Made by a program: the position numbers and the translations under genes. DNA of 64,000 nt from Neptuniibacter sp. UBA6509 (GTDB lineage Bacteria > Pseudomonadota > Gammaproteobacteria > Pseudomonadales > Balneatricaceae), in assembly GCF_002435145.1 (NCBI RefSeq), contig NZ_DJLT01000115.1. One strand, 5' to 3'. How positions within the stretch are numbered: position 1 is the stretch's first letter; each line of letters starts with the position of its first letter. Under the pieces are notes generated by a model, which was not told the origin of the DNA, ran no database searches, and worked only from the letters and a program-made list of their open reading frames with translations. Of the stretch, positions 54,405-63,196 are shown in pieces.

Positions 54405-57179
54405 ATGACTGATATTAAACAAGCGGTAGAGCGCATCGTTGCGAATGATGAAAAATGGGATACGTTCATTGCAGGTGATAAAGATGCAACCTTTGAAACT
54501 GACAACGGCCCCCGTAAATCCTTAGAGGGTGAGCTAGAAGAGCATATCCGTATACCCAATAACAATTCAGAAGCCAACATGCTCGCGGCTGAAACAGCTG
54601 AAGCCGGTGCTGTTGCTGCAGAATCAGGTGCAGCTGTATCGGCGGGTGCATCCAAAGCGGATGCTGATCGTGCAGTTGCGGCGCAAGGGGCTATTACAGA
54701 TGAGCTAAGCCAAGTGCAAGCGCTGGCAGCGCAGGTTGCCACGGATAAAGACAGCGTAACGGCAACATTAATAGGGGATGAGGATTATGTAATTCCTGCT
54801 GTTACTGCGCTGCTTGATACTTATACCGATGTTGTGGATATAGCGGTAAGTGATGATATCTGGGCTGAACATTCTTATAAGTGGGGAGCGCCTAAGCGGG
54901 TGATGGTTGTGGCGTTGGATATGAAGGTTGTGTTGCATGATCTGACTAAGCCTGGCCTGCCTATTTGGAGGGAGCATGTTAATGAAACAATAGCAGAGTG
55001 GGAGCGCAACGTGTGGCGAGGTGGTCGGACTACGGACGCTATTGCTCTAGTCGGCGGTAGTTTGTGTATCGCTGTAAGCTTGAGGGATGGGACTACTGAT
55101 GGAGCGTCAGGGTTAATTGTTTTGGATTATGCTTCTAATTCTCAGCGAAGAGTAGCGGCCAATACGGCGCATGGCGGTTACTTAGGGGAGATAGATTTTA
55201 GTAAAAGTTTATTATCGCATTCCGTGGTTATTGTAGATGAGTTTGTTAATGCTATAGCTGCTCGCATTGCCGACGATGCTCCTATGCACCCAGTATCTGG
55301 CTTGCCAATGCCGCGTATTGCTGTTGCGACTGATGGTGGTGTTTCAGAACTGGTGCCGAATAATGAGGGGGTGTGGTTGGTAAGTAATTGGCCTTCGACG
55401 GGCTTTGTATATGGGGTTGCTTACACAAAAGATGGGCGGTTACTGGCGAAGCGAGACTATGAGGGGCGGATTTACGATTTAGGTGGAATATCAGCCGGTG
55501 TGCTTTTAACTAGCTCTAATACCACTTATTCAACAGAGGTTGTTGTCAAGCCGTTAACGGGTGGAACTGTGATTTCTTCTGCTCTAGTCGCGGGGTCTAA
55601 TGGTGTTTCGGTGCTTGCGGAGAATCCTTCAGAGCTAGATGCAGGCATGATTGCTTCTGTTTCTGAAGATTACACAACCCCTTTCCTTGCAGGCGATGTT
55701 CAATCCGCAGTGATGTGTGATGCAGAAGAAGGGGTGATTGTCGGTGGTGAGCTGGTGATTGGCGGGTACGCTGCGCCAGCTTCATATGACACTGTAGTAA
55801 ACGAGGTATCTTTATCGAGTTTTACAATGGATGGTCAATTAAGTGATCAGACGCGGGCGACGGTTAATATTTCCACGATAGTTGGGCAGCGTTATTTTGT
55901 AAAAAGCACATTAGATAGTAATGACGCATCGGTAATTATGTATGCCCGTTCATTGGGTGGTGGGACTGGAAGTACCCTTGCAGCATCAGGCTCAATGGTT
56001 GTAGATGAAGAAGTTATTTTAAGTTTTGTTGCGGCCTCAGCCACGAGTAGTTTGTTGTGGGTTATGAATGCAGCAGGGGCTGACGCTGCCATTTCTAATG
56101 TGTCGGCGGGCATAGAGACGGATGATCACTCAGGTCGAAACAATCATGCCATTATTCATGGCACTCTCAACCGTTCCAAGCCTGCTGGCTCTGATATTGC
56201 GGTTTGGAGTGGGTTTGACGTTAGTAATTATTTGGTTATTCCTGATTTTAATGCCTCTCAGTCTGGGTTTTCATTAACGACAACTGTGCAATCTGGTGGT
56301 ACGGGAGACAGAGAGCTTTTCACAGTAGGTGATACATCGTCTGCGGGCGGTGCAGGTATTCTGCACGCGTGGTTGAATGGTGAAAGAGTTAAGTTGAGTC
56401 TCGATGGGGTCACGTATAACAATGACGATATAATTGGGGTTCTGCCAATTGGTGATGCGCAGGCTCTAAGTTTGGTTGTGCGGGTGGATGTGTTTGAGAT
56501 TTGGGTTGATTGTCAAAAAGTTAAAGAGATTGATATTACGGGTAAGTCTTTTTCAGCGGCAGATCTGACAATTGGTTCGGGTTTTTACACGGGTACTCAT
56601 TCTAGGGATTTGGCGATGGTGGTTGCGTCATACTCTGCCCCATCGCCCGACCAAATACGTGACATGCACCGCGATATGCTCAACAAGCTTAAAAAGCCTT
56701 CAATGCTAACTGACTCAGTTAAAGCGTTAGCGCATGATGCTGCGCGGGGTGATGATTGGGTTGCATGTGATGACGGTCAATTGCATCGTTTAACTCAGCG
56801 GGGTACTACGTTTGAAGAGTCGATCGTTGTTGATCCGGGTGTGGGTGATATCTCAAGTATAGCCGTTGATGATGGTGAGATTACCGTGGGTGGCTCTGCA
56901 GGTGTTTGGGTTAAGCAGCCTGAAAAGAACTTGCGTGCTCCGGTTGTTAAATCGGGTAAGTCAGTACAGCCTTTTGAGCTGGGTGAAGGCGATTCAGTAC
57001 AAACAGACTTCTATCTCTCATATGGGTGGAAGCCTGTGCGTGCCTACATTGGCGGCATTAAAAAACGTCAAGGTTCACAGGATGATTGGACGGCTCAATA
57101 TGACGGTTATCGTTGGTTTATCCGCTTTGCTGTTGCGCCGGGGTCTTTTGATATCGATTGTGATGCGGTGGAGGTATAG
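54405..57179 (+). CDS. Large tail fibre/appendage protein with LamG/lectin-like region
   Basis: Ala-rich coiled N-terminus, beta-rich body, LamG-like segment (LVVRVDVFEIWVD...LTIGSG); tail module. Confidence 0.55.
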   Translation: MTDIKQAVERIVANDEKWDTFIAGDKDATFETDNGPRKSLEGELEEHIRIPNNNSEANMLAAETAEAGAVAAESGAAVSAGASKADADRAVAAQGAITDELSQVQALAAQVATDKDSVTATLIGDEDYVIPAVTALLDTYTDVVDIAVSDDIWAEHSYKWGAPKRVMVVALDMKVVLHDLTKPGLPIWREHVNETIAEWERNVWRGGRTTDAIALVGGSLCIAVSLRDGTTDGASGLIVLDYASNSQRRVAANTAHGGYLGEIDFSKSLLSHSVVIVDEFVNAIAARIADDAPMHPVSGLPMPRIAVATDGGVSELVPNNEGVWLVSNWPSTGFVYGVAYTKDGRLLAKRDYEGRIYDLGGISAGVLLTSSNTTYSTEVVVKPLTGGTVISSALVAGSNGVSVLAENPSELDAGMIASVSEDYTTPFLAGDVQSAVMCDAEEGVIVGGELVIGGYAAPASYDTVVNEVSLSSFTMDGQLSDQTRATVNISTIVGQRYFVKSTLDSNDASVIMYARSLGGGTGSTLAASGSMVVDEEVILSFVAASATSSLLWVMNAAGADAAISNVSAGIETDDHSGRNNHAIIHGTLNRSKPAGSDIAVWSGFDVSNYLVIPDFNASQSGFSLTTTVQSGGTGDRELFTVGDTSSAGGAGILHAWLNGERVKLSLDGVTYNNDDIIGVLPIGDAQALSLVVRVDVFEIWVDCQKVKEIDITGKSFSAADLTIGSGFYTGTHSRDLAMVVASYSAPSPDQIRDMHRDMLNKLKKPSMLTDSVKALAHDAARGDDWVACDDGQLHRLTQRGTTFEESIVVDPGVGDISSIAVDDGEITVGGSAGVWVKQPEKNLRAPVVKSGKSVQPFELGEGDSVQTDFYLSYGWKPVRAYIGGIKKRQGSQDDWTAQYDGYRWFIRFAVAPGSFDIDCDAVEV

Positions 57180-57182
57180 CCC

Positions 57183-57863
57183 ATGATTAATTTAATAACA
57201 GATCAAAAGCCTTGGACACGTAACCAGATCAGAAAGCGTGCAGAGCTGTTTATACAGCAAGAGCAAGTGCATGGTGATGAAACCATGCTGGCGCGTGTTA
57301 ATGATGCTGAGCTGCTGGGCTTGCGTCCATTAACAGAAGGCGAGCGGACGTTTCGTAATGAGCAGTATTTACCGCGAGCAATTGCGGGTGGTGATCTTGC
57401 TGCACAAATGAAAACAGCCAATGAAAAGCTGATTGTGGCGATTGCTCATCAAGATGCGCTGCGGCTGTTTGTTAAAATGGATGGTTTGCTGAATGGTGAA
57501 AATCCATTGCCTGAGACGGTGCAGTCTTTAGATGATGAGGGGATTGAGATAACCATTCCAAGCCCTGCCTATGGTGCAGCGGTGGCGGTGCTTGATGAAA
57601 GCCTGGGTCAATTAACAGCGATGACCGCTGAAGATTGGCGTTTGCTTGCTCAACGGTCATCGGGTGCGGTGATTGAAGATGCGATTGAGCTAAGCATTGC
57701 GGTGATTCGCATATTGCCCACGGATGATTTATTGAAAGCCTATGTTGAAGGTGAGGGTTTAGGTTCAGTTGATCGCCGTAAATCATTAGAAGATGAAAAG
57801 GCTCGGTTGCTGTTAGAACTTGATCCTCCTGAAATTGAGGTGGTACTTGATGAAACCGTTTGA
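57183..57863 (+). CDS. Phage hypothetical protein (fibre-associated)
   Basis: 226 aa, coupled to neighbours. Confidence 0.55.
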   Translation: MINLITDQKPWTRNQIRKRAELFIQQEQVHGDETMLARVNDAELLGLRPLTEGERTFRNEQYLPRAIAGGDLAAQMKTANEKLIVAIAHQDALRLFVKMDGLLNGENPLPETVQSLDDEGIEITIPSPAYGAAVAVLDESLGQLTAMTAEDWRLLAQRSSGAVIEDAIELSIAVIRILPTDDLLKAYVEGEGLGSVDRRKSLEDEKARLLLELDPPEIEVVLDETV

Positions 57864-58059
57864 GATTGAGCATTTGGGCGGAGCAACAGGGTGGCTATTA
57901 GCTGCCCTTTTTTTTGCTTTGATTTTAGTGCCGATGAGTGGTTGTAGTGCTGTTGAAGAACAGCCTGCATCTTATGAACCGGTGCCCTTTAAAACAGGCG
58001 TGAAGGTTGAGCCGTTGCCGGGGTGTGTGGAGCTTAGAAAACGTGGAGGGCATTGCTAA
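57850..58059 (+). CDS. Small lipoprotein
   Basis: Hydrophobic LLAALFFALILVPMSGC lipobox; C-terminal PGCVELRKRGGHC. Confidence 0.6.
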   Translation: MKPFEIEHLGGATGWLLAALFFALILVPMSGCSAVEEQPASYEPVPFKTGVKVEPLPGCVELRKRGGHC

Positions 58060-58418
58060 TGGTTAATGTAGATCTATTAAAGCAAGTCTTTTCAGAAGCG
58101 AAAAAACGCCATGTATATGTGTCCGATGCTGAGCAGTATGGAAAAGCTGAGCATTGGGAGCCTGGGCTAATGGGTGATTGTGAAGACTTTGCACTGTGGT
58201 GTCGTGAATATTTGAACACGCAAGGCGTTAAGTCTGATCTTATCTATTGCTTTACTGAAAACCGTGTTGGTCATTTGGTGTTGTCGGTTGAAGGTTGGAT
58301 TCTTGATAACCGTTGCGCTGAAGTGGTGGCCAATACTGAGCTGATTGATTCGGGTTATCAGTTTCTGCGTTTGGGCGATGGTGATGGCAACTGGTTTGAG
58401 ATTGTCGAGGGTGAGTGA
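58059..58418 (+). CDS. Transglutaminase-like cysteine peptidase (BTLCP/C93, LapG-like)
   Basis: YVSDAEQYG..EHW, GDCEDFA, GHLVLSV, ILDNR triad; ATG 58059 overlaps the upstream TAA, RBS GGAGG. Confidence 0.8.
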   Translation: MVNVDLLKQVFSEAKKRHVYVSDAEQYGKAEHWEPGLMGDCEDFALWCREYLNTQGVKSDLIYCFTENRVGHLVLSVEGWILDNRCAEVVANTELIDSGYQFLRLGDGDGNWFEIVEGE

Positions 58419-58942
58419 TGCCAACTGCAGAAGAGTTGTTGCGTGAGATTTACGCGAGTAATCCTGAAGGCTCTATCGTTTATGAGCTGTTAGAGCTAAA
58501 GCATCCGGCCTTTCTGACTGATGACGGGGTGTATGGAAGCTGGCGTATGGTGCGTGAAAGTGTTGATTCTTTACAGGTAACGCTTGAAACGGGTGATACG
58601 GCTGTTTTTGAGCCCGGTCCTTGGTCAGTACGTTGGCCAAAGAAAGGTGTGCAGGGGCGGCGTGATGCTCGGTTGGTGATAAGTGCGGTGTCTCGCAAGG
58701 TGATTGAACAGCTTGAGCGTGTTGCTGATATGCCACCGCCGCGGGTGCCGATCCGCTGCATTCTGCGAAAGTATGCCAGCACTGATTTAAGTTACCCGGC
58801 AGAGGTTGAGGAATTGGTGATATCTAAGCCTCAAGCCAATTCGCAGGAAGTGACGGCTTCTGCCGTATTTTTAGATCCTGTAAATATGCAGTTCCCGCGC
58901 CGTTTGTATGACATATCAACGCATCCCGGTCTTATTGAATAG
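58415..58942 (+). CDS. Tail tip protein (gpL/DUF1833-like)
   Basis: IYASNP...YELLELKHP, LRKYASTDLSYP, NMQFPRRLY..HPGL. Confidence 0.7.
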   Translation: MMPTAEELLREIYASNPEGSIVYELLELKHPAFLTDDGVYGSWRMVRESVDSLQVTLETGDTAVFEPGPWSVRWPKKGVQGRRDARLVISAVSRKVIEQLERVADMPPPRVPIRCILRKYASTDLSYPAEVEELVISKPQANSQEVTASAVFLDPVNMQFPRRLYDISTHPGLIE

Positions 58943-58950
58943 GTGAAATC

Positions 58951-59367
58951 ATGGAGCCGCTAGAAGGTTTTGAATGGGTTCAGGAATACTTGTATTTACC
59001 CTGGGAGAAATACGCCACGGGGCCGCATTCTTATGATTGCTTTGGTGTTGTTTATAAGGGTTTAGGTCACTTGGGTTGCTTGCCTGATCGTCATTTGGAG
59101 GTTGATGGTGATGATTGGGCGCTTTTTCATAATACGGTGCTAGCAGAGCAGGAAAGCGGTAATTGGCGGCAGCTGCAGGGGCCGGTTCCGGGTGCTGTGG
59201 TGTTAATGAGTAAGGCGCGAATGTTTCATCATGTTGGGCTATGGGTGCCGCATAATGGTGGGTGTGTATTGCATTCGCGGCGGGGTGCTGGGGTTGTGTT
59301 GGAGAATATCCATCGACTGCAGTTGCAAGGTATGAAGAAATTTGAATATTGGTTGCCGGTGCGATGA
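58951..59367 (+). CDS. NlpC/P60 tail assembly protein (gpK-like)
   Basis: GPHSYDCFGVV, FHHVGLW, VLHS. Confidence 0.75.
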   Translation: MEPLEGFEWVQEYLYLPWEKYATGPHSYDCFGVVYKGLGHLGCLPDRHLEVDGDDWALFHNTVLAEQESGNWRQLQGPVPGAVVLMSKARMFHHVGLWVPHNGGCVLHSRRGAGVVLENIHRLQLQGMKKFEYWLPVR

Positions 59368-62300
59368 CAGTATTAGTAATGCAGAGTTCTATTTATGACC
59401 GTTCTTCAGCTGCAGAGCAGATCATTAATAGCATAACGTTTGAAGAGTATTTGGCTGAAGCGGTTCAGGGGTATTTACCTGGTGAACTTCAGCCTATTTA
59501 TGTGCTGCTTAACGGTGCTGAATTTAAGCCTGAAGCATGGGGGCGTTATCAGTTAAAAGCGGCTGATCATTTGGTTGTGGTCCCGCGTCCGTTTGGTTTT
59601 GATCCATTTACAATTGCGATCGCGGTTGTATCCATTGCTGCGGCGTCTTATATGGCGTCTATGATGCAGCCTGCGGTGCCTTCCGCGCCTAATTTCTTTG
59701 ATCTGCCTGATCAATCACCTACCTATAATGCTGAAATTCAGGGTAATACGGCACGCCTTGGGCAGCCTGTATCAGTCGGTTATGGGTTGCATCGTGTTTG
59801 GCCTAGCTTTGCCAGCCAGCCTTTTCGGCGTTATATCGGGGGTGATCAATACCTTTTCCATATTCTCTCGATAGGTGAGGGGTTGTATGAGCTGAGTGAT
59901 CCGCAAGTGGGTGATACTGGCTTTGGGAATTTTGAGGGTATAGAACATCAGCTTTATGGCCCTGGTGAGCGTGTTGATCTTTTCCCTGTTGATATTACAA
60001 CGGTTGATACGGTAGGGAATATTGAGCTGTTTGCGCCCAATGAAACAGAGTATGACGGCTGGACAGCTGCGCATGTGCTGTGTGATGCAGGTCGAACGGT
60101 TGATGGTGTTGAGTTCGATTTAGTAAGCCGTGGTGGTATGTATCATCAAAGCGAAACAACGGGGGCGCTTTCCTCTGTTTCGGTGACGGTTGAGCTGCAG
60201 TACCAAGTGATTGATGACTTGGATGCACCTGTGGGCGGTTGGGTTTCGGGTGGAACTTTTACCGTATCAGAGAAAACCGTTGATCCTGTTCGTCGTACAT
60301 ATCAGGTAGGGCTTGATGAAGATCGCTATCAAGTGCGAATGCGTAGAACTTCAGCAACTCCTTTGGCCGATTCCGTGCGTCATCAAGATCACATTGTATG
60401 GGCTGAATTGCGATCGCATATGGCAACTGATCAAACTTATGATGAATCTGTTTGGGCTGTAAAAATTAAAGTTACAGATCAGATCTCTACCCGTTCAGAA
60501 CGAAAAATTAATGTAATGCGTCAGCGATTGTTGCCAACGTGGACGGGTATAGAGTGGACCGATCCAGTGCCAACAAGAAACCCGGCTTGGGCGTTTTGCG
60601 ATGTGGTAAAGGGTGAGTGGGGCGGTGCTTATGATGATAGTCATCTAGATTTGTTTGAGCTTAAGCGCCTTGCTGATGTGTTTTATGACCGCGGTGATCA
60701 CTTTGATTATGAGTTTGATACCCGTGGCAGCTTCTGGCGAGCGCTGGAAATCATTTGTGCAGTTGGGCGGGCTAAGCCTGTGCAGTTGCCGAAGTTCGGT
60801 ATGGTGCGTGATGAGCCGCGCACGGCGCAATATCCTTTTAGTATGCGAAACATGAAGGCAGGATCGTTTAGCCTTGGTTGGACCAATGTTGAGCAAGATG
60901 ATTATGACTCTATTGAATTGGAGTATATGGATGATCTTACTTGGCAATATACAACGGTGCTTTGTGTGTTACCTGGTTGTGATTCTGTGCGCCCGAAGCG
61001 TATCAAGAAAGAAGGTATTACTAACCGCTTGCAGGCGTTCCGTGAAGGTGTCTTTATGTTGGCTGATATGGTTTATCGCAATCGTGCAGCTCGCTTTAAA
61101 ACTGAGTTGGATGGCGCGTTGCCGCTATACGGTGATGCTATTCATTTAAGTCATGGGCTTGCAGAGTGGGGCGTGGGTGGTGATCTGCTTGATGTTGTCG
61201 TGGGTGATGATTCAAATCAGTTACTGCAGTTAAGTGAGCCCCTACAAGTTTCAGAAGATGAAGATTGGCATATTGTTTTCAGAAATAAGCAGGGTAAGTC
61301 AGAAGGCCCGTTTGTTATTACTGCGGGGCCTGATGAACACCATGTTTTGATTAGCTCAACGCATAATGCTGATTTATATACGGGCTGGCGAAGAAATAAA
61401 ACCCAATATGTTGCGGGGCCTGCAAGTAAGTTTGCAAAGCAGTTTATTGTGCGTGGTGTTGAGCATAGTGGTGGCCATGATTTCCAAGTTCAGGCCGTCA
61501 TTGATAACTCTATTGTTCATACATTTGATCAGCAAATAGATTCAGGTTCATTGCCTGTGCCTGTGCCTGCAGATGTCATCAAAAAACCGTTGGGACAGGT
61601 AAGCGGTTTGCGTTGGGAGTGGGGTGGTACTGCGCAAGTTCCAGAGCTGAATTTAAGTTGGAACCCTGTTCTGAATGCAGAGCGTTACATTATCCAAATC
61701 AGCACTGATGACCGTGTGAGCTGGCGAACATTGGAAAGCACTGTTGAGGTGTGGGCGCGGCTTGATGTCCCATCGGGTGAATTTGATCTGCGTATTGCTG
61801 CAATGGCTGTTTCAGTTGGGCCTTGGTTTGAACAGGAATTCACCATTGGTTCTATCAGTCCGCGGCCTGATGATGTGGTTGATTTGGCATTGGTTGAAGC
61901 ATTTGAGGGGCCGGTGCTCAAGCTTTCTTGGTCTGCAGCTGAAGGCGCTGAGCGTTATCTTATTGAGGTTATTAAACCTGATGGGACGATTGTGCGTGCA
62001 ACTGAGGTTGATTCATTAGGGTTTGAATATACCTATTTGGATGCTCGGAATGATGGTGTTGGCCGTGTGTTTGATGTGCGGGTTTGGGGTGTGAGTGAGT
62101 TTGGTGATACCTCGTTAAATCCGGCTGAAATAAGTGTATCAAATACCCAGATGGGTGCGCTTGGTTCTGTTGTTGTGGATGTTGTGCAGCGTACTGCAAT
62201 GATTCAAGTGACGGCCCCAACTGAAACCGACTTTGCTGGTTTTAGGGTTTGGCTGGGTGATTCTGAAACCTTCACGCCTGCAGATGATTTGATTGCAGTG

Positions 62301-62834
62301 GGTGAAGCTGATGAACGCTTAATCATGATCGCGCTTCCTAATGATGATGTTGAGCGCTGGGTGCGTGTAGCTGCATTTGATCTGTGGGGTACTGATGGAA
62401 TGCAAGTGTCATCTGCGTTTTCTGTTAAGAAGTCTTTAATAACAGAAACAGAGATTGCGCCAGGGAGTATCAAAACACCTCATCTAGCTGCGGATGCTGT
62501 CACTGCTGATGTAATGAGTGTGGGAAGTCTTGCTGCAATCAGTGCAAATTTGGGCGCGGTAACCAGCGGATCTTATACAACATCAACAATTAATGGTGTG
62601 CGTGTAGAGCTGAACAGCTCAGGTACTTACCCGTTTTGGATTGGCCAAGGTAATAAAAATGCCGATAACGGTTTACTTTACCTGGATAAAGACAGCGGTG
62701 ATTTAGTCTTTAAAGGTAAGTTGGCGGTTAAGTCATCAGACACGGGGGCCCGTACTGAAATCACAGATGATGTAATTAAGGTCTTTGATGATAATGGCAA
62801 CTTGCGTGTGCAGATAGGAGATAGAGACGCGTGA
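59364..62834 (+). CDS. Central tail tip / host specificity protein (gpJ-like, with N-terminal gpI-like segment)
   Basis: NTARLGQPVSVGYGLHRVWP, RNPAWAFCD, FN3-like repeats, SLAAISANLG motif. Confidence 0.85.
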   Translation: MTVLVMQSSIYDRSSAAEQIINSITFEEYLAEAVQGYLPGELQPIYVLLNGAEFKPEAWGRYQLKAADHLVVVPRPFGFDPFTIAIAVVSIAAASYMASMMQPAVPSAPNFFDLPDQSPTYNAEIQGNTARLGQPVSVGYGLHRVWPSFASQPFRRYIGGDQYLFHILSIGEGLYELSDPQVGDTGFGNFEGIEHQLYGPGERVDLFPVDITTVDTVGNIELFAPNETEYDGWTAAHVLCDAGRTVDGVEFDLVSRGGMYHQSETTGALSSVSVTVELQYQVIDDLDAPVGGWVSGGTFTVSEKTVDPVRRTYQVGLDEDRYQVRMRRTSATPLADSVRHQDHIVWAELRSHMATDQTYDESVWAVKIKVTDQISTRSERKINVMRQRLLPTWTGIEWTDPVPTRNPAWAFCDVVKGEWGGAYDDSHLDLFELKRLADVFYDRGDHFDYEFDTRGSFWRALEIICAVGRAKPVQLPKFGMVRDEPRTAQYPFSMRNMKAGSFSLGWTNVEQDDYDSIELEYMDDLTWQYTTVLCVLPGCDSVRPKRIKKEGITNRLQAFREGVFMLADMVYRNRAARFKTELDGALPLYGDAIHLSHGLAEWGVGGDLLDVVVGDDSNQLLQLSEPLQVSEDEDWHIVFRNKQGKSEGPFVITAGPDEHHVLISSTHNADLYTGWRRNKTQYVAGPASKFAKQFIVRGVEHSGGHDFQVQAVIDNSIVHTFDQQIDSGSLPVPVPADVIKKPLGQVSGLRWEWGGTAQVPELNLSWNPVLNAERYIIQISTDDRVSWRTLESTVEVWARLDVPSGEFDLRIAAMAVSVGPWFEQEFTIGSISPRPDDVVDLALVEAFEGPVLKLSWSAAEGAERYLIEVIKPDGTIVRATEVDSLGFEYTYLDARNDGVGRVFDVRVWGVSEFGDTSLNPAEISVSNTQMGALGSVVVDVVQRTAMIQVTAPTETDFAGFRVWLGDSETFTPADDLIAVGEADERLIMIALPNDDVERWVRVAAFDLWGTDGMQVSSAFSVKKSLITETEIAPGSIKTPHLAADAVTADVMSVGSLAAISANLGAVTSGSYTTSTINGVRVELNSSGTYPFWIGQGNKNADNGLLYLDKDSGDLVFKGKLAVKSSDTGARTEITDDVIKVFDDNGNLRVQIGDRDA

Positions 62835-63196
62835 ATTATGGCTTGTCTATTTTTGATGAAGAGGGTGATGAGGTATTTGGTACAGAGGCAACTACCTCAT
62901 TTTTTTTCAAGCAAATTACACTGAGCGCGGGATCGTCTGGGGTGTTGAAATTTCCTGAGCTGGCGGGCCGGGTGATTATGCCGGTAAGTTATCCTGTTGG
63001 CGGACTCGACAATATATCGAAGCATAAGGTTTTTCACATGGTCACTGCAGAAGATCAGTTAACTGATGAGCCTAAAATTCGATACTTCTATCCTGAATAT
63101 GGTGCATACCAAGCCCCAACAGGGACATGGTTGACTGAGTCATATAATAAGGGGAAAAGCATTTTGATGATTTGGGTGAGTGGTGCGCCGTTATGA
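62831..63196 (+). CDS. Tail accessory protein after J
   Basis: MNYGLSIFDEEG N-terminus typical of post-J proteins. Confidence 0.6.
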   Translation: MNYGLSIFDEEGDEVFGTEATTSFFFKQITLSAGSSGVLKFPELAGRVIMPVSYPVGGLDNISKHKVFHMVTAEDQLTDEPKIRYFYPEYGAYQAPTGTWLTESYNKGKSILMIWVSGAPL

